Shown here piece by piece: positions 29,576 to 39,027 of a stretch of 64,000 nucleotides of DNA. Position 1 is the first letter of the stretch; each line of letters begins with the position of its first letter. This DNA comes from Mesotaenium endlicherianum (lineage: Eukaryota), in contig WELA01002708.1 of NCBI GenBank assembly GCA_009602735.1, positions 1 through 64,000 on the forward strand, written 5' to 3'. The notes under the pieces are model-generated. The model worked only from the letters and a program-made list of their open reading frames with translations, searched no databases and had not been told where the DNA came from. The translations under genes were made by a program, and so were the position numbers.

Positions 29576-32098
29576 ATGCAAAAAAACTGTACCCGCTTTT
29601 TATTGCTCTTTTTGGTTATGGGATGCACTGTTTCTGTAAAGGGACAGCTCATCTCCATAAGCGGTACATTGAAAGATTCGCTGACACAAGCCCCGTTGGT
29701 ATATTGTTCTGTAAAAGCTACCAACCTGAGAAAAGGCGCGATCACCGATAGCTTAGGGCATTTTGAGCTGATGGTAAGTCCTGATATCGATTCCATGCGG
29801 TTCAGCATGATGGGGTATCAAACCATTACGCGGGCGATCACAAAGAAAACTTCTCAGGAAATCAATCTCTCCCTCACACCTGAAACCAATACATTGACAG
29901 AAGTAGTGGTTTATCCGAAAGGATATGACCCCGCTGTTCATCTTTTCAAAAAAATATTGGAGCACAAAGAACAGAACAACCCTGCTCATTTCAATAACTA
30001 TCAATCCGAAGTCTATGACAAATTACAATTCGAAGCGGGTAATTTTTCCGAAAAAGCTATCGGAAGCCGCTTACTTAAGCCTTTCTCTTTTGTTTTCACC
30101 CATACGGATCCTGGTGCCAGCCCCGCTAAGCCCCGGGTGCCCTTATTTATTACCGAAAGCCTGGCCGATTATTATTACAGTAAAAAACTGGGAAAAGAAA
30201 AGACCATTTACAAAGCGAGGCAGGTAACAGGCATACGGAATGAAACCGTTATCCAATACCTGGATGACCTGAAACAACAGATAAACCTGTACGACAATTA
30301 CCTGATGTTGATGAAAGTATCGTTCATCAGTCCCCTCGCCGATAATGGTTTGAGTTATTACAAATACCACATAGAGGAAAGAAAGACCATCGGTAACCGG
30401 AAATATTTCCGGCTCAGCTTTCGCCCTTTGCACAGCAGCAGTAATACTTTTTTCGGCGAATGCTGGGTGATAGACAGAACCTATGCCCTGCAATCCATCA
30501 GCGTGCAAATGAATGCCGGCGCCAATATCAACTGGGTGAAAGACATCGCGCTGTCGCAGGATTTTATGCCATTGGGAGCTGATTCAGCCATGGCGATCAC
30601 TAAGACAATGCTCTCCATTAATTTCATCACGCTTTCAAAAAAATCGCTGGGCTTCACAGGCACGCGTAGCTCCTACTACCGGAACATACGGATCAACGAT
30701 GCAGTGACTGACAGTGTTTTATTACAGTTGGCAATTGCAGACCAACCGGTCATTACACAACCCGGCAAACAATTTTGGGAACAGCATCGCTTTGCACCGC
30801 TTACCTCCAGGGAACAATGGGCCTATACTATGATCGATTCTATCAGGAAAGTACCTGCGTATACCACTTACCGTAATATGCTTACAGCGCTGGGAACCGG
30901 TTATTACCCGGCGGGTAAAATAGATATCGGTAACCTGTACAAAACTTTTACTGCCAATATCATTGAAGGCCCTCGTTTAAATCTTGGTTTCCGCACCAAT
31001 GCCAACTTTAGCAAGTGGTATCAGTTCAGGGGCTATGCAGGATTGGGTATGAAGTACAACACATTCAAATATGCGCTCAGTCATTTGTTTATCCTCAACA
31101 GAAAAAATTGGGAAACCGTACGGTTGAGTTATGAAGATGATTTTACGCCTTTGTCAGACCACCTCAACGAGCTCAATGAGAATTCCATTTTCGGCGCTTT
31201 GATGCGCAGGGTGCCAAGAGGGCATATTCAGCTCGTCAACACCGAGCAGGCCAAAATACAATACCAACATTTTTACCAGAATGGATTTTCTGTTCAGCTC
31301 TCGCTGGACAAGCGCGTGTTATCGCCCGCTTTCAATACCTATTATACTTATGGAAAATTTACGCCGAATATTGTACACCTTGCATATCCACACCAGGGCA
31401 AGACCTATAAAGTGTCCGAAGCATCTGTTGGTATCAGGTATGCATACAAAGAGAAGATCTATGCCGGACCTTTTACAAGGCTCAGCCTCGGCAGCAAATA
31501 CCCGATTGTTGAATTTAAATACACACATGGTTTTCAGGTAGAAGGCGGCATGCTGCAGAGTGATTTCGGTTACAATCAATACCGGTTATCGGTTTCACAA
31601 CAGGTGAACATTCCTTCGCTGGGTAAGATCAATTATACATTGGAAGGAGGAATCACCGACGGTACATTACCCATACTCTTGCTTGATGTAGCAAAAGGAA
31701 ACGATACTTATTATTACAACCGCTATGCATTCAATAACATGAACCGTTATGAATTCGTGAGCGATCATTATGCCAGTCTGTTGTTGGAACATCATTGGGG
31801 TGGCTTCCCCTTCAACCGCTTGCCGCTGTTAAAAAAAGCGAATTGGAGAACCGTCACCAGTTTCCGCGCGCTTAGCGGCAGCATGACGGATGCGAATAAA
31901 ACAGCCAACAAATTCTGCGACAATGCCCTCACCTATCATTTTATCGTACCCGATAAAATACCGTACATGGAAACAGGCGTGGGTATCGAAAACATATTCC
32001 GTGTGATAAGAGTAGATGCTATCTGGCGGCTCACCTACCGCGACAGGCCGGGCATTGTGAATTTCGGACTCAAAGCATCCCTGCAATTCAATTTCTGA
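29576..32098 (+). CDS. DUF5686-like outer-membrane protein with N-terminal carboxypeptidase-like domain
   Basis: Signal peptide, TDSLGHF, FISPLAD, PYMETGVGIENIFRVIRVD, terminal Phe. Confidence 0.8.
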   Translation: MQKNCTRFLLLFLVMGCTVSVKGQLISISGTLKDSLTQAPLVYCSVKATNLRKGAITDSLGHFELMVSPDIDSMRFSMMGYQTITRAITKKTSQEINLSLTPETNTLTEVVVYPKGYDPAVHLFKKILEHKEQNNPAHFNNYQSEVYDKLQFEAGNFSEKAIGSRLLKPFSFVFTHTDPGASPAKPRVPLFITESLADYYYSKKLGKEKTIYKARQVTGIRNETVIQYLDDLKQQINLYDNYLMLMKVSFISPLADNGLSYYKYHIEERKTIGNRKYFRLSFRPLHSSSNTFFGECWVIDRTYALQSISVQMNAGANINWVKDIALSQDFMPLGADSAMAITKTMLSINFITLSKKSLGFTGTRSSYYRNIRINDAVTDSVLLQLAIADQPVITQPGKQFWEQHRFAPLTSREQWAYTMIDSIRKVPAYTTYRNMLTALGTGYYPAGKIDIGNLYKTFTANIIEGPRLNLGFRTNANFSKWYQFRGYAGLGMKYNTFKYALSHLFILNRKNWETVRLSYEDDFTPLSDHLNELNENSIFGALMRRVPRGHIQLVNTEQAKIQYQHFYQNGFSVQLSLDKRVLSPAFNTYYTYGKFTPNIVHLAYPHQGKTYKVSEASVGIRYAYKEKIYAGPFTRLSLGSKYPIVEFKYTHGFQVEGGMLQSDFGYNQYRLSVSQQVNIPSLGKINYTLEGGITDGTLPILLLDVAKGNDTYYYNRYAFNNMNRYEFVSDHYASLLLEHHWGGFPFNRLPLLKKANWRTVTSFRALSGSMTDANKTANKFCDNALTYHFIVPDKIPYMETGVGIENIFRVIRVDAIWRLTYRDRPGIVNFGLKASLQFNF

Positions 32099-32124
32099 TA
32101 TTTCATACAACTAAACCCTGCTTT

Positions 32125-33660
32125 ATGTTTATCAAATATCTGTTGATTTTTCCTGTACTGTTTTACTCCTGTTCCTGTAACAAAGAATATTCTTTTACCC
32201 GGCCGGACCAGCAACCGCCTGTTCCTTCGCTTCATACTTATTATGTAGATGGCGCAACCGGCAACGACCAGAACGATGGTCTCAGCCTGGCGCGGGCCTG
32301 GAAAACCATCCAACAATCTTTTAATGCTGCACAACCCGGCAGTACCGTTGTCATCAGGGGAGGCACTTATTATGAAGAACTGGTGGTGTACGTGAGCGGA
32401 AAACCGGACTATCCCATCACTTTTACCAACTACGCACAGGAAAAAGTAATGATCGATGGCTCAAAGATCCGAGGTAACACCATCCTGTCCATCACAGATA
32501 AAGGTTTCCTGGTTTTTAAAAACCTGGTAATACAAAATATTACCAGGAACAATGCCCGGGGCATCCTGGTTTTGGCCAGCCCTAATGGAGCAGCCGGCGC
32601 CCTTCATTTCCGTAATATCCGCTTTCAGAACATCAACTGGACCAACAACGCGCAGTCTATTCCCGGCGCCAACGACAATGCACAGCCTTTCATTGCATTA
32701 GGACGTGGATTGACGCAAGACAATGCTATTAGCAACCTGGTCATCGATAGTTGCGAATTCAGTCATAATATCACAGGCTTCAGTGAGTCTTTATCGGTCG
32801 ATGGCAATGTAGATGGATTTTTTATTACCCATAACAAAGTACACGACAACACCAATATTGGCATTGCTGCAGAAGGGCATTATGGAACAAGCGCTACCGC
32901 TTCACTGGATCAGGCAAGAGAGGGCGTCATCAGCGAAAATATTTGTTACAATAATGTTTCGCTTTATGCAACAAGCGGTGGTATTTATGTAGATGGTGGA
33001 AGAGATATCCGGGTAGACAGGAATGCCAGTTTTCAGAATGGCTACGGAATAGAAGTCGGCAATGAAAAAGACGGCACTACCAGTAATATCAGTGTTACCA
33101 ATAACCTGATCTACCGGAACAAGGTTTCCGGACTTGCTATCGGTGGATACGATCCCAAAACTACCGGACAGGTGGTTGACTGTATTTTCCGGAACAACAG
33201 TTTTTATCAAAACAATACCAACCTCGATGGTTCAGGTGAACTGTATATTACAAAAGCATCCCGTTGCGTGATCGGAAACAATGTGTTTTATACCAACAAC
33301 CAAAACCTGCTGTTTTCCCTAGTCGATATCTTGCCACAATCCGGTATCAGCCTCGATTACAACGATTGGTTTACTGTTGGAGCTGATGCCGGAAAAACCT
33401 GGATCAACTGGCGCAGCCGGCAGTTCAATTCGTTTAAAAATTATAGAGCGGGTACGCAGCAAGAGGCACATTCTATTTTCGCCGACCCGCTTTTCAGCAA
33501 CGTTGGAACACCAATTCCCGATCTTCATTTACAAACAATGAGCCCTTGTTTGCAACAGGGAAACCCTGCATGGATCATACTTCCGGCTGAAAGAGACTAC
33601 GATGGAAAGCCCCGGGTCGTGAATGGAAAAGCAGATATGGGTGCGTATCAACGTCAATGA
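32125..33660 (+). CDS. Right-handed parallel beta-helix protein, probably a lipoprotein (polysaccharide lyase-like fold)
   Basis: YYVDGATGNDQNDG...WKTIQ N-terminus, Asn-rich beta-helix repeats, C-terminal DMGAY. Confidence 0.75.
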   Translation: MFIKYLLIFPVLFYSCSCNKEYSFTRPDQQPPVPSLHTYYVDGATGNDQNDGLSLARAWKTIQQSFNAAQPGSTVVIRGGTYYEELVVYVSGKPDYPITFTNYAQEKVMIDGSKIRGNTILSITDKGFLVFKNLVIQNITRNNARGILVLASPNGAAGALHFRNIRFQNINWTNNAQSIPGANDNAQPFIALGRGLTQDNAISNLVIDSCEFSHNITGFSESLSVDGNVDGFFITHNKVHDNTNIGIAAEGHYGTSATASLDQAREGVISENICYNNVSLYATSGGIYVDGGRDIRVDRNASFQNGYGIEVGNEKDGTTSNISVTNNLIYRNKVSGLAIGGYDPKTTGQVVDCIFRNNSFYQNNTNLDGSGELYITKASRCVIGNNVFYTNNQNLLFSLVDILPQSGISLDYNDWFTVGADAGKTWINWRSRQFNSFKNYRAGTQQEAHSIFADPLFSNVGTPIPDLHLQTMSPCLQQGNPAWIILPAERDYDGKPRVVNGKADMGAYQRQ

Positions 33661-33712
33661 GCAAGCATGTAATAAAAGTTCCGCAAAATGTCAACCGTTA
33701 TTTGACGGTGAA

Positions 33713-33799
33713 AGAAAAATTCGGTGTTTTGGACAGAAAAATTCAGTGTTTTTTTCTTCAGATTCAGGTAAAAAATACAGAATTGTTTTTCTACTTTAG
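33713..33799 (+). promoter_or_regulatory. Direct-repeat site and near-consensus -7 box upstream of the eCIS locus
   Basis: agaaaaattc(g/a)gtgtttt at 33713-33730 and 33735-33752 (17/18 identical, 22-bp period); TACTTTAG at 33792-33799. Confidence 0.5.
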
Positions 33800-33930
33800 T
33801 GCCCGTTAAGTACCCCTTTCGTCTGGATTTCCCCTCTTTCTATTTCAACGTTTCAGAGAAGCAGCTTAAAAAAAAAATAAAAGGCGCAGGATATTGCTAT
33901 CGTAGTATCCTGGTAAAATCCAATATCCTT

Positions 33931-34518
33931 ATGATTGCCGAAACGTTTAAATTCCTTAGCGAAGAGCTCAACGGTTACCTATCGCAAAAGCTGGGTGTTA
34001 CTACAGACCAGCGCCTTGTGCTGGGTAATATAGGCAAAGTGTCTGACAACGATACCAGCGGCACCAACACACTTACCGGGAAAGCCATTCTTTCACTGAT
34101 CAATGTAGAAGAAGACCGTATTACCAAGCAACAGGATAATTACCTCAAATCCGATACGCAGGTAACCTATAAGAATCCCCCACTCTATTTGAACCTCTAT
34201 GTGCTGTTCGCCATCAACCGGACCGATTACAGCGATTCACTCAAATGGCTGGCGTATATCATACAGTTTTTCCAACAGCAGCATGTATTCACCCCTGCCA
34301 GCAACCCCAATCTCGACGGCCGTATTCAGAAACTGATCGTTGACCTGTACAACCTCAATTTTGAACAGATCAACCAGTTGTGGAGTGTGATCGGTGGTAA
34401 GTACCTGCCTTCGGTAGTATATAAAATAAGACAGGTAGTGATAGATGAAAATGCCATTGAGTATGAAAGTGGTTTCATACAGGAGATCGATATTTCAATA
34501 CCACAGAACTATAAATAG
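33931..34518 (+). CDS. DUF4255 / Pvc16-Afp16-like cap (tail terminator) protein
   Basis: LINVEED, PPLYLNLYVLF, QLWSVIGGKYLPSVVYK; start at ATG 33931. Confidence 0.85.
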   Translation: MIAETFKFLSEELNGYLSQKLGVTTDQRLVLGNIGKVSDNDTSGTNTLTGKAILSLINVEEDRITKQQDNYLKSDTQVTYKNPPLYLNLYVLFAINRTDYSDSLKWLAYIIQFFQQQHVFTPASNPNLDGRIQKLIVDLYNLNFEQINQLWSVIGGKYLPSVVYKIRQVVIDENAIEYESGFIQEIDISIPQNYK

Positions 34519-34526
34519 CAGCCACT

Positions 34527-35696
34527 ATGTTGCTCAAATACGCCATACTGCTGAAGGTTGAAATGCTGCACGACTATTACAACGATCTGCGGTGTCCCGA
34601 TCTGGATTTTGTACCTAGTCGCGATACGGCTGATGCCCTCAAAGGGCATGATATGCTGTACAAAAGCATTGGCAACAAATTGATCCTGTTGATCAAAACA
34701 GATGATACCGGTAAACCTATTATTGTACCCAATTCCTCATTAAAACTTTGCTTTTATGTCAATATCAACAACGTTCGTTTTGCCAATTATACCAATATCA
34801 ATTTTCATCCTTTCGATGCTACCCGTTTTTATTTCACCAACCTCAACCAAACGAAGGTGGGTACCAGTTTATGTTTAAATACTGCTGTTGCGCAATACAA
34901 CAGTGCCAACAATTACCCTGTTGGCGCTTTGGCAGGCGATGCCATGGGTAATCATTACGAAGCGATCAAATCGAGCAGCAGCAGCAACATCCATGACACA
35001 TCCAACCCTGCTTACTGGCAGCCCAAAGGAACGGCGCAGTACGTGAACAATGGCGATGGTATATCGTTAGCAGGGGATACTTATTTATTTCATGGTACAG
35101 CTAATACCGACTTTACCATCCATATCTATACACTCAACACGGCTACCAGTGCATACGATAATTTACTCACCACCAGTACGATCCACTACCCAACTGCACA
35201 ACCAACTGTCCCGGTTGACCTGAGCCTGCTGAAGAATGGCAAATACAGGATAGAAGTCAATGGCAGCAGCTCATTGGTTTATCATGATAAAGAAGCGATA
35301 CTGCAAAACTGTTTTGGCATGGTGGAACTGTTCAACAACCTGCCGGCTACCAATGATTTTTCCTGGTTCGATGCTACCGGGTTGCCCAAACAATCTACAT
35401 ACAGCATACGTTTCGCCAACCGTTCAGTCATCTGGAAATACATTGCGCGCTCCGGCGATGTAACAGCCATCAAAGACAACGCGTCTGTATACACGTTTAA
35501 CAATGTGCCGGCGAGTACCGTATTTACTTCTTCAGTTCCCATTCCATTCAAAGAGCAGCCATTGAACAGTCTCTTTTTAGAATCGGCCTCCCTGGGAAAT
35601 ATCTCCCCCATTCCCAATCCCCCTACAAACAGGTTAAGCACCATCATACAGGGAAGCGATCATTATTACTGTGCAGAAAAACACCTGAATTACTAA
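34527..35696 (+). CDS. eCIS-associated protein, putative cap adaptor
   Basis: Position between cap and sheath; HDYY...FVPS N-terminus, F.NYT, IRFANRSVIWKY and IPNP motifs. Confidence 0.55.
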   Translation: MLLKYAILLKVEMLHDYYNDLRCPDLDFVPSRDTADALKGHDMLYKSIGNKLILLIKTDDTGKPIIVPNSSLKLCFYVNINNVRFANYTNINFHPFDATRFYFTNLNQTKVGTSLCLNTAVAQYNSANNYPVGALAGDAMGNHYEAIKSSSSSNIHDTSNPAYWQPKGTAQYVNNGDGISLAGDTYLFHGTANTDFTIHIYTLNTATSAYDNLLTTSTIHYPTAQPTVPVDLSLLKNGKYRIEVNGSSSLVYHDKEAILQNCFGMVELFNNLPATNDFSWFDATGLPKQSTYSIRFANRSVIWKYIARSGDVTAIKDNASVYTFNNVPASTVFTSSVPIPFKEQPLNSLFLESASLGNISPIPNPPTNRLSTIIQGSDHYYCAEKHLNY

Positions 35697-35725
35697 TACC
35701 AATACTTCATAAAAACAATTAAAAC

Positions 35726-37189
35726 ATGGCAACATCTTACAAAACACCCGGTGTCTACATAGAAGAGATATCGAAGTTTCCGCCATCCGTAGCGGAAGTT
35801 GAAACGGCCATCCCGGTATTCATTGGTTACACTGAAAAAGCAGGATTGGCTAATGCGCCTTTGCCCACCATTACCATCAATCCCGGTGGCGGCGATGTGG
35901 CAGTGTCGGAGGCAAAACGCATTGAATCATTACTTGAATACATCACTTATTTCGGAACGGGCCCCACGGAACACCTCACCATCAGTATTTCTGAAACGTT
36001 TACCGGCGGAGCGGCTGTTTATTCCAAGCTGGTAAGCAGGTCAATCACTGCTTCGGTAGTTACGCCAAGCATTCATACGATGTACTACCACATGCAATTG
36101 TATTTTACCAATGGTGGTGGCCCTTGCTATATCATCAGTGTAGGCAAAACAACAGAGGGCTCTGTAACCAAGAACAACTTGCTGGCGGGACTGGAGATGG
36201 CCAAACGGTATGATGAACCTACGCTGACCGTTTTCCCGCAAGCTGCCAAATTGAGCACTGCAGATGATGCTTACAATGTATACAGCCAGGCATTGTTACA
36301 GGCTGCTACTTTGCAGGACCGCTTTGTGGTGATGGACTGTTATAATGATGATACAGATACACTGAGGAATGCTGCGAGTTTGACTGATAACCTGAAATAT
36401 GGAGCGGCTTACCACCCTTTCCTGAGATCGGCCGTTAGTTACAAATACAATCTTACCGATGAAAGTAGCTTAACCATAACACTGCAACAGGACTTGAACA
36501 ACGACGGAAATTTCACCGATGCAGGCGAGCCAGCAGTCACTAAAACTTACGCCAGCCTGAATGCAGAACAAAAAACATTGGTAAAAGTGGAGATAGATAA
36601 GCTGGGGGTTGTACTCCCGCCCTGTGCAGCCATGGTTGGCGTATACGCCAATGTAGACAACCTGCGCGGTGTTTGGAAAGCACCTGCAAATGTAGGCTTG
36701 CAAATGGTGAACGGACTTACCAAGCTGGTCAATGCAGTAGACCAGGCAGCATTGAACGTAGATCCTGTTGCAGGCAAATCGATCAATGTGATCAGGGCGT
36801 TCACCGGGAAAGGCATACTGGTATGGGGTGCACGTACCCTGGCCGGTAACGACAATGAATGGCGTTATATCAATGTAAGGCGATTCTGCATCATGGTAGA
36901 GATCAGCAGCAAGCTGGCTTCCGGCACTTTTGTGTTCGAACCCAATGATGCCAATACCTGGGCCAAAGTACAGGGTATGCTGGAGAATTTCCTCACCCTG
37001 CAATGGAGGGCCGGTGCATTACAGGGCGCCAAACCATCCGATGCTTTTTATGTAGCGGTGGGACTGAACAGGACCATGACTGCGCAGGATATACTGGAAG
37101 GCCGTATGATCGTTGAAATAGGTATGGCTGTAGTAAGACCCGCAGAATTCATTATCCTCCGCTTCAGTCAAATGATGGCCAAAAGCTAA
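35726..37189 (+). CDS. Contractile tail sheath protein
   Basis: YKTPGVYIEE, TAIPVFIGYT, RGVWKAPAN, VWGARTL, FVFEPND, VRPAEFI. Confidence 0.96.
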   Translation: MATSYKTPGVYIEEISKFPPSVAEVETAIPVFIGYTEKAGLANAPLPTITINPGGGDVAVSEAKRIESLLEYITYFGTGPTEHLTISISETFTGGAAVYSKLVSRSITASVVTPSIHTMYYHMQLYFTNGGGPCYIISVGKTTEGSVTKNNLLAGLEMAKRYDEPTLTVFPQAAKLSTADDAYNVYSQALLQAATLQDRFVVMDCYNDDTDTLRNAASLTDNLKYGAAYHPFLRSAVSYKYNLTDESSLTITLQQDLNNDGNFTDAGEPAVTKTYASLNAEQKTLVKVEIDKLGVVLPPCAAMVGVYANVDNLRGVWKAPANVGLQMVNGLTKLVNAVDQAALNVDPVAGKSINVIRAFTGKGILVWGARTLAGNDNEWRYINVRRFCIMVEISSKLASGTFVFEPNDANTWAKVQGMLENFLTLQWRAGALQGAKPSDAFYVAVGLNRTMTAQDILEGRMIVEIGMAVVRPAEFIILRFSQMMAKS

Positions 37190-37220
37190 CCCTCATCCAT
37201 AAAATTTAAAAATCAAAACA

Positions 37221-37658
37221 ATGGCAACAGCAAACACATACCCTATACCAAAATTCCATTTCCGTGTAGAATGGGGTGGCTCACGCATCGGCTTTTCGGA
37301 AGCTACGGGACTCGATAAGCAGATCGAAGCCATCGAATACCGGGAAGGTTCCAGTCCTACTTATTCCAAGATCAAAATGCCCGGCCTGCACAAGTTCAGC
37401 AACATCACGCTGAAACGCGGCACGTTCGAGGGTGATAAAGAATATTACAAATGGATCAATACGGTCAACCTCAATAAAGTAGAGCGCCGCGATGTAACCA
37501 TCAGCCTGCTCAACGAGAACCACGACCCTGTTATTACCTGGAAAGTGATCAACGCCTTTCCGGTAAAAATACAGGCAAGCGATCTCAAAGCCGATGGTAA
37601 TGAAGTGGCCATTGAAACCCTGGAACTCGCTCATGAAGGGTTGGATGTGCTGATGTAA
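37221..37658 (+). CDS. Tail tube protein (T4 gp19-like)
   Basis: YPIPKFHFRVEW, IEYREG, ITLKRG, VAIETLELAHEG. Confidence 0.95.
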   Translation: MATANTYPIPKFHFRVEWGGSRIGFSEATGLDKQIEAIEYREGSSPTYSKIKMPGLHKFSNITLKRGTFEGDKEYYKWINTVNLNKVERRDVTISLLNENHDPVITWKVINAFPVKIQASDLKADGNEVAIETLELAHEGLDVLM

Positions 37659-37695
37659 AACAGCGATCATTGTTTAACAGGTAAAAGAACAAGCC

Positions 37696-38148
37696 ATGGC
37701 TGATACATCGGCAGGCGGATATTATCCGCCGGTGGGGTTCCATTTCAAGGTTGAGTTCATTGGCGTTGGTAACGACAACGACACCCGGTTCCAGTCGGTC
37801 AGCGGACTCACCGTTGAATACGACACCGAATCATTCAAAGAAGGTGGCGAGAACCGCTATGAACATAAGTTGCCGGTGCGTACCAAGTACCCCGACCTGT
37901 CATTGAAAAGAGGCATGCTCACCGATTCGGATGTGATCAATTGGTGCATCAAAGCCTTTCGCGACAGGCAGTTCGATCCTGTACAGATCAGCATCATGCT
38001 GCTCAATGAACAACACCAGCCACTTAAAACATGGAATATATTCAATGCATGGCCCAAGAAATGGTCGGTATCGGATTTTAATGCACAGGAAAACACCGTG
38101 GTAGTGGAAACACTGGATCTCTGTTATAGTTATTTCACCGTTCAATAG
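37696..38148 (+). CDS. Second tail tube protein (gp19-like, Afp5-like)
   Basis: YPPVGFHFKV, FQSVSGL, EGGEN, LSLKRG, AWPKKW. Confidence 0.93.
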   Translation: MADTSAGGYYPPVGFHFKVEFIGVGNDNDTRFQSVSGLTVEYDTESFKEGGENRYEHKLPVRTKYPDLSLKRGMLTDSDVINWCIKAFRDRQFDPVQISIMLLNEQHQPLKTWNIFNAWPKKWSVSDFNAQENTVVVETLDLCYSYFTVQ

Positions 38149-38156
38149 TACAGCGC

Positions 38157-38339
38157 ATGCCCATTGAAATAAGAGAACTGATTATCAAAGCAACGGTCAA
38201 CAACCCGAATCCACAGGCAGAGGAAACGGTTCAACCACCGGCTGCACAAGGTGGCGGGGCAAAAACAGACCTGGACGGTATCGTGTCGCAATGTGTGGAA
38301 CAAGTGCTCGACATCATACAGAACAAGAAAGAAAGATAA
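38157..38339 (+). CDS. Small eCIS protein (DUF5908 / Afp6-like)
   Basis: MPIEIRELIIK ... CVEQVLDII...KER; position between tube and hub genes. Confidence 0.75.
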   Translation: MPIEIRELIIKATVNNPNPQAEETVQPPAAQGGGAKTDLDGIVSQCVEQVLDIIQNKKER

Positions 38340-38343
38340 CAAC

Positions 38344-39027
38344 ATGCTCGAAAAAGTTCAGATCATAGCGTACAATAACCAGGATTATGCAGATAGTCAC
38401 AAAGTGAATGATCCGGGCAATCCTTTTAAAGCCATGATCAATCCGGAGAATTATTCGCTGGATTATAAAGTGGAGTTTACGGAAGGACAAGGACATGGTA
38501 CGAGTACAGCACACCAGCGTTTCAATTTCAAGAAGCCGGAAGAAATGTCTTTCGAATTCCTGTTCGATTGCACCGGTATCATCGATAATAATCCAAAAGA
38601 GAGTATACACGATGATGTGGAAGCATTCAAAAAACTCCTGCTGGAATACGACAGCGATTCGCATGAGCCCAGGTTCTTCAAAGTGATATGGGGTACTTTT
38701 ATATTCAAAGGACGTTGTACGGCATTGACCATCAATTTCAAATTATTCAATTCTAATGGATCACCCATTCGCGCCGTATGCAAGACCACATTCAAAGGCA
38801 GTATCGATGAGCAGTTGCGCGTGGCAACAGAAAATGCACACTCTCCCGATATCACACATTACCGCGTGGTAAAAAGCGGCGAGACTCTGCCATGGCTGTG
38901 TTACCTGGTTTACGGCGATTCAAAATATTATATGCAGGTAGCCAGGGTGAACAACCTGGTCGATTTCAGGAACCTGCAACAAGGCCAACAATTATTCTTC
39001 CCCCCTATTGATAAAAACAGCGTTTAA
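38344..39027 (+). CDS. Tube initiator / hub protein with C-terminal LysM-like domain (Afp7-like)
   Basis: INPENY, VIWG, G.PIRA, VKSGETLPWLCYLVYGD...VARVNNL; start at ATG 38344. Confidence 0.88.
   Translation: MLEKVQIIAYNNQDYADSHKVNDPGNPFKAMINPENYSLDYKVEFTEGQGHGTSTAHQRFNFKKPEEMSFEFLFDCTGIIDNNPKESIHDDVEAFKKLLLEYDSDSHEPRFFKVIWGTFIFKGRCTALTINFKLFNSNGSPIRAVCKTTFKGSIDEQLRVATENAHSPDITHYRVVKSGETLPWLCYLVYGDSKYYMQVARVNNLVDFRNLQQGQQLFFPPIDKNSV

Noticed and set aside
33868..33877. A10 tract upstream of the eCIS as a phase-variable element
   Set aside because: Poly-A runs are common in AT-rich intergenic DNA here; it cannot be supported without read data
33799..33930. N-terminal extension of the DUF4255 ORF given in the ORF track
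   Set aside because: It starts at a GTG overlapping the candidate -7 box and reads through low-complexity DNA; ATG 33931 is more plausible
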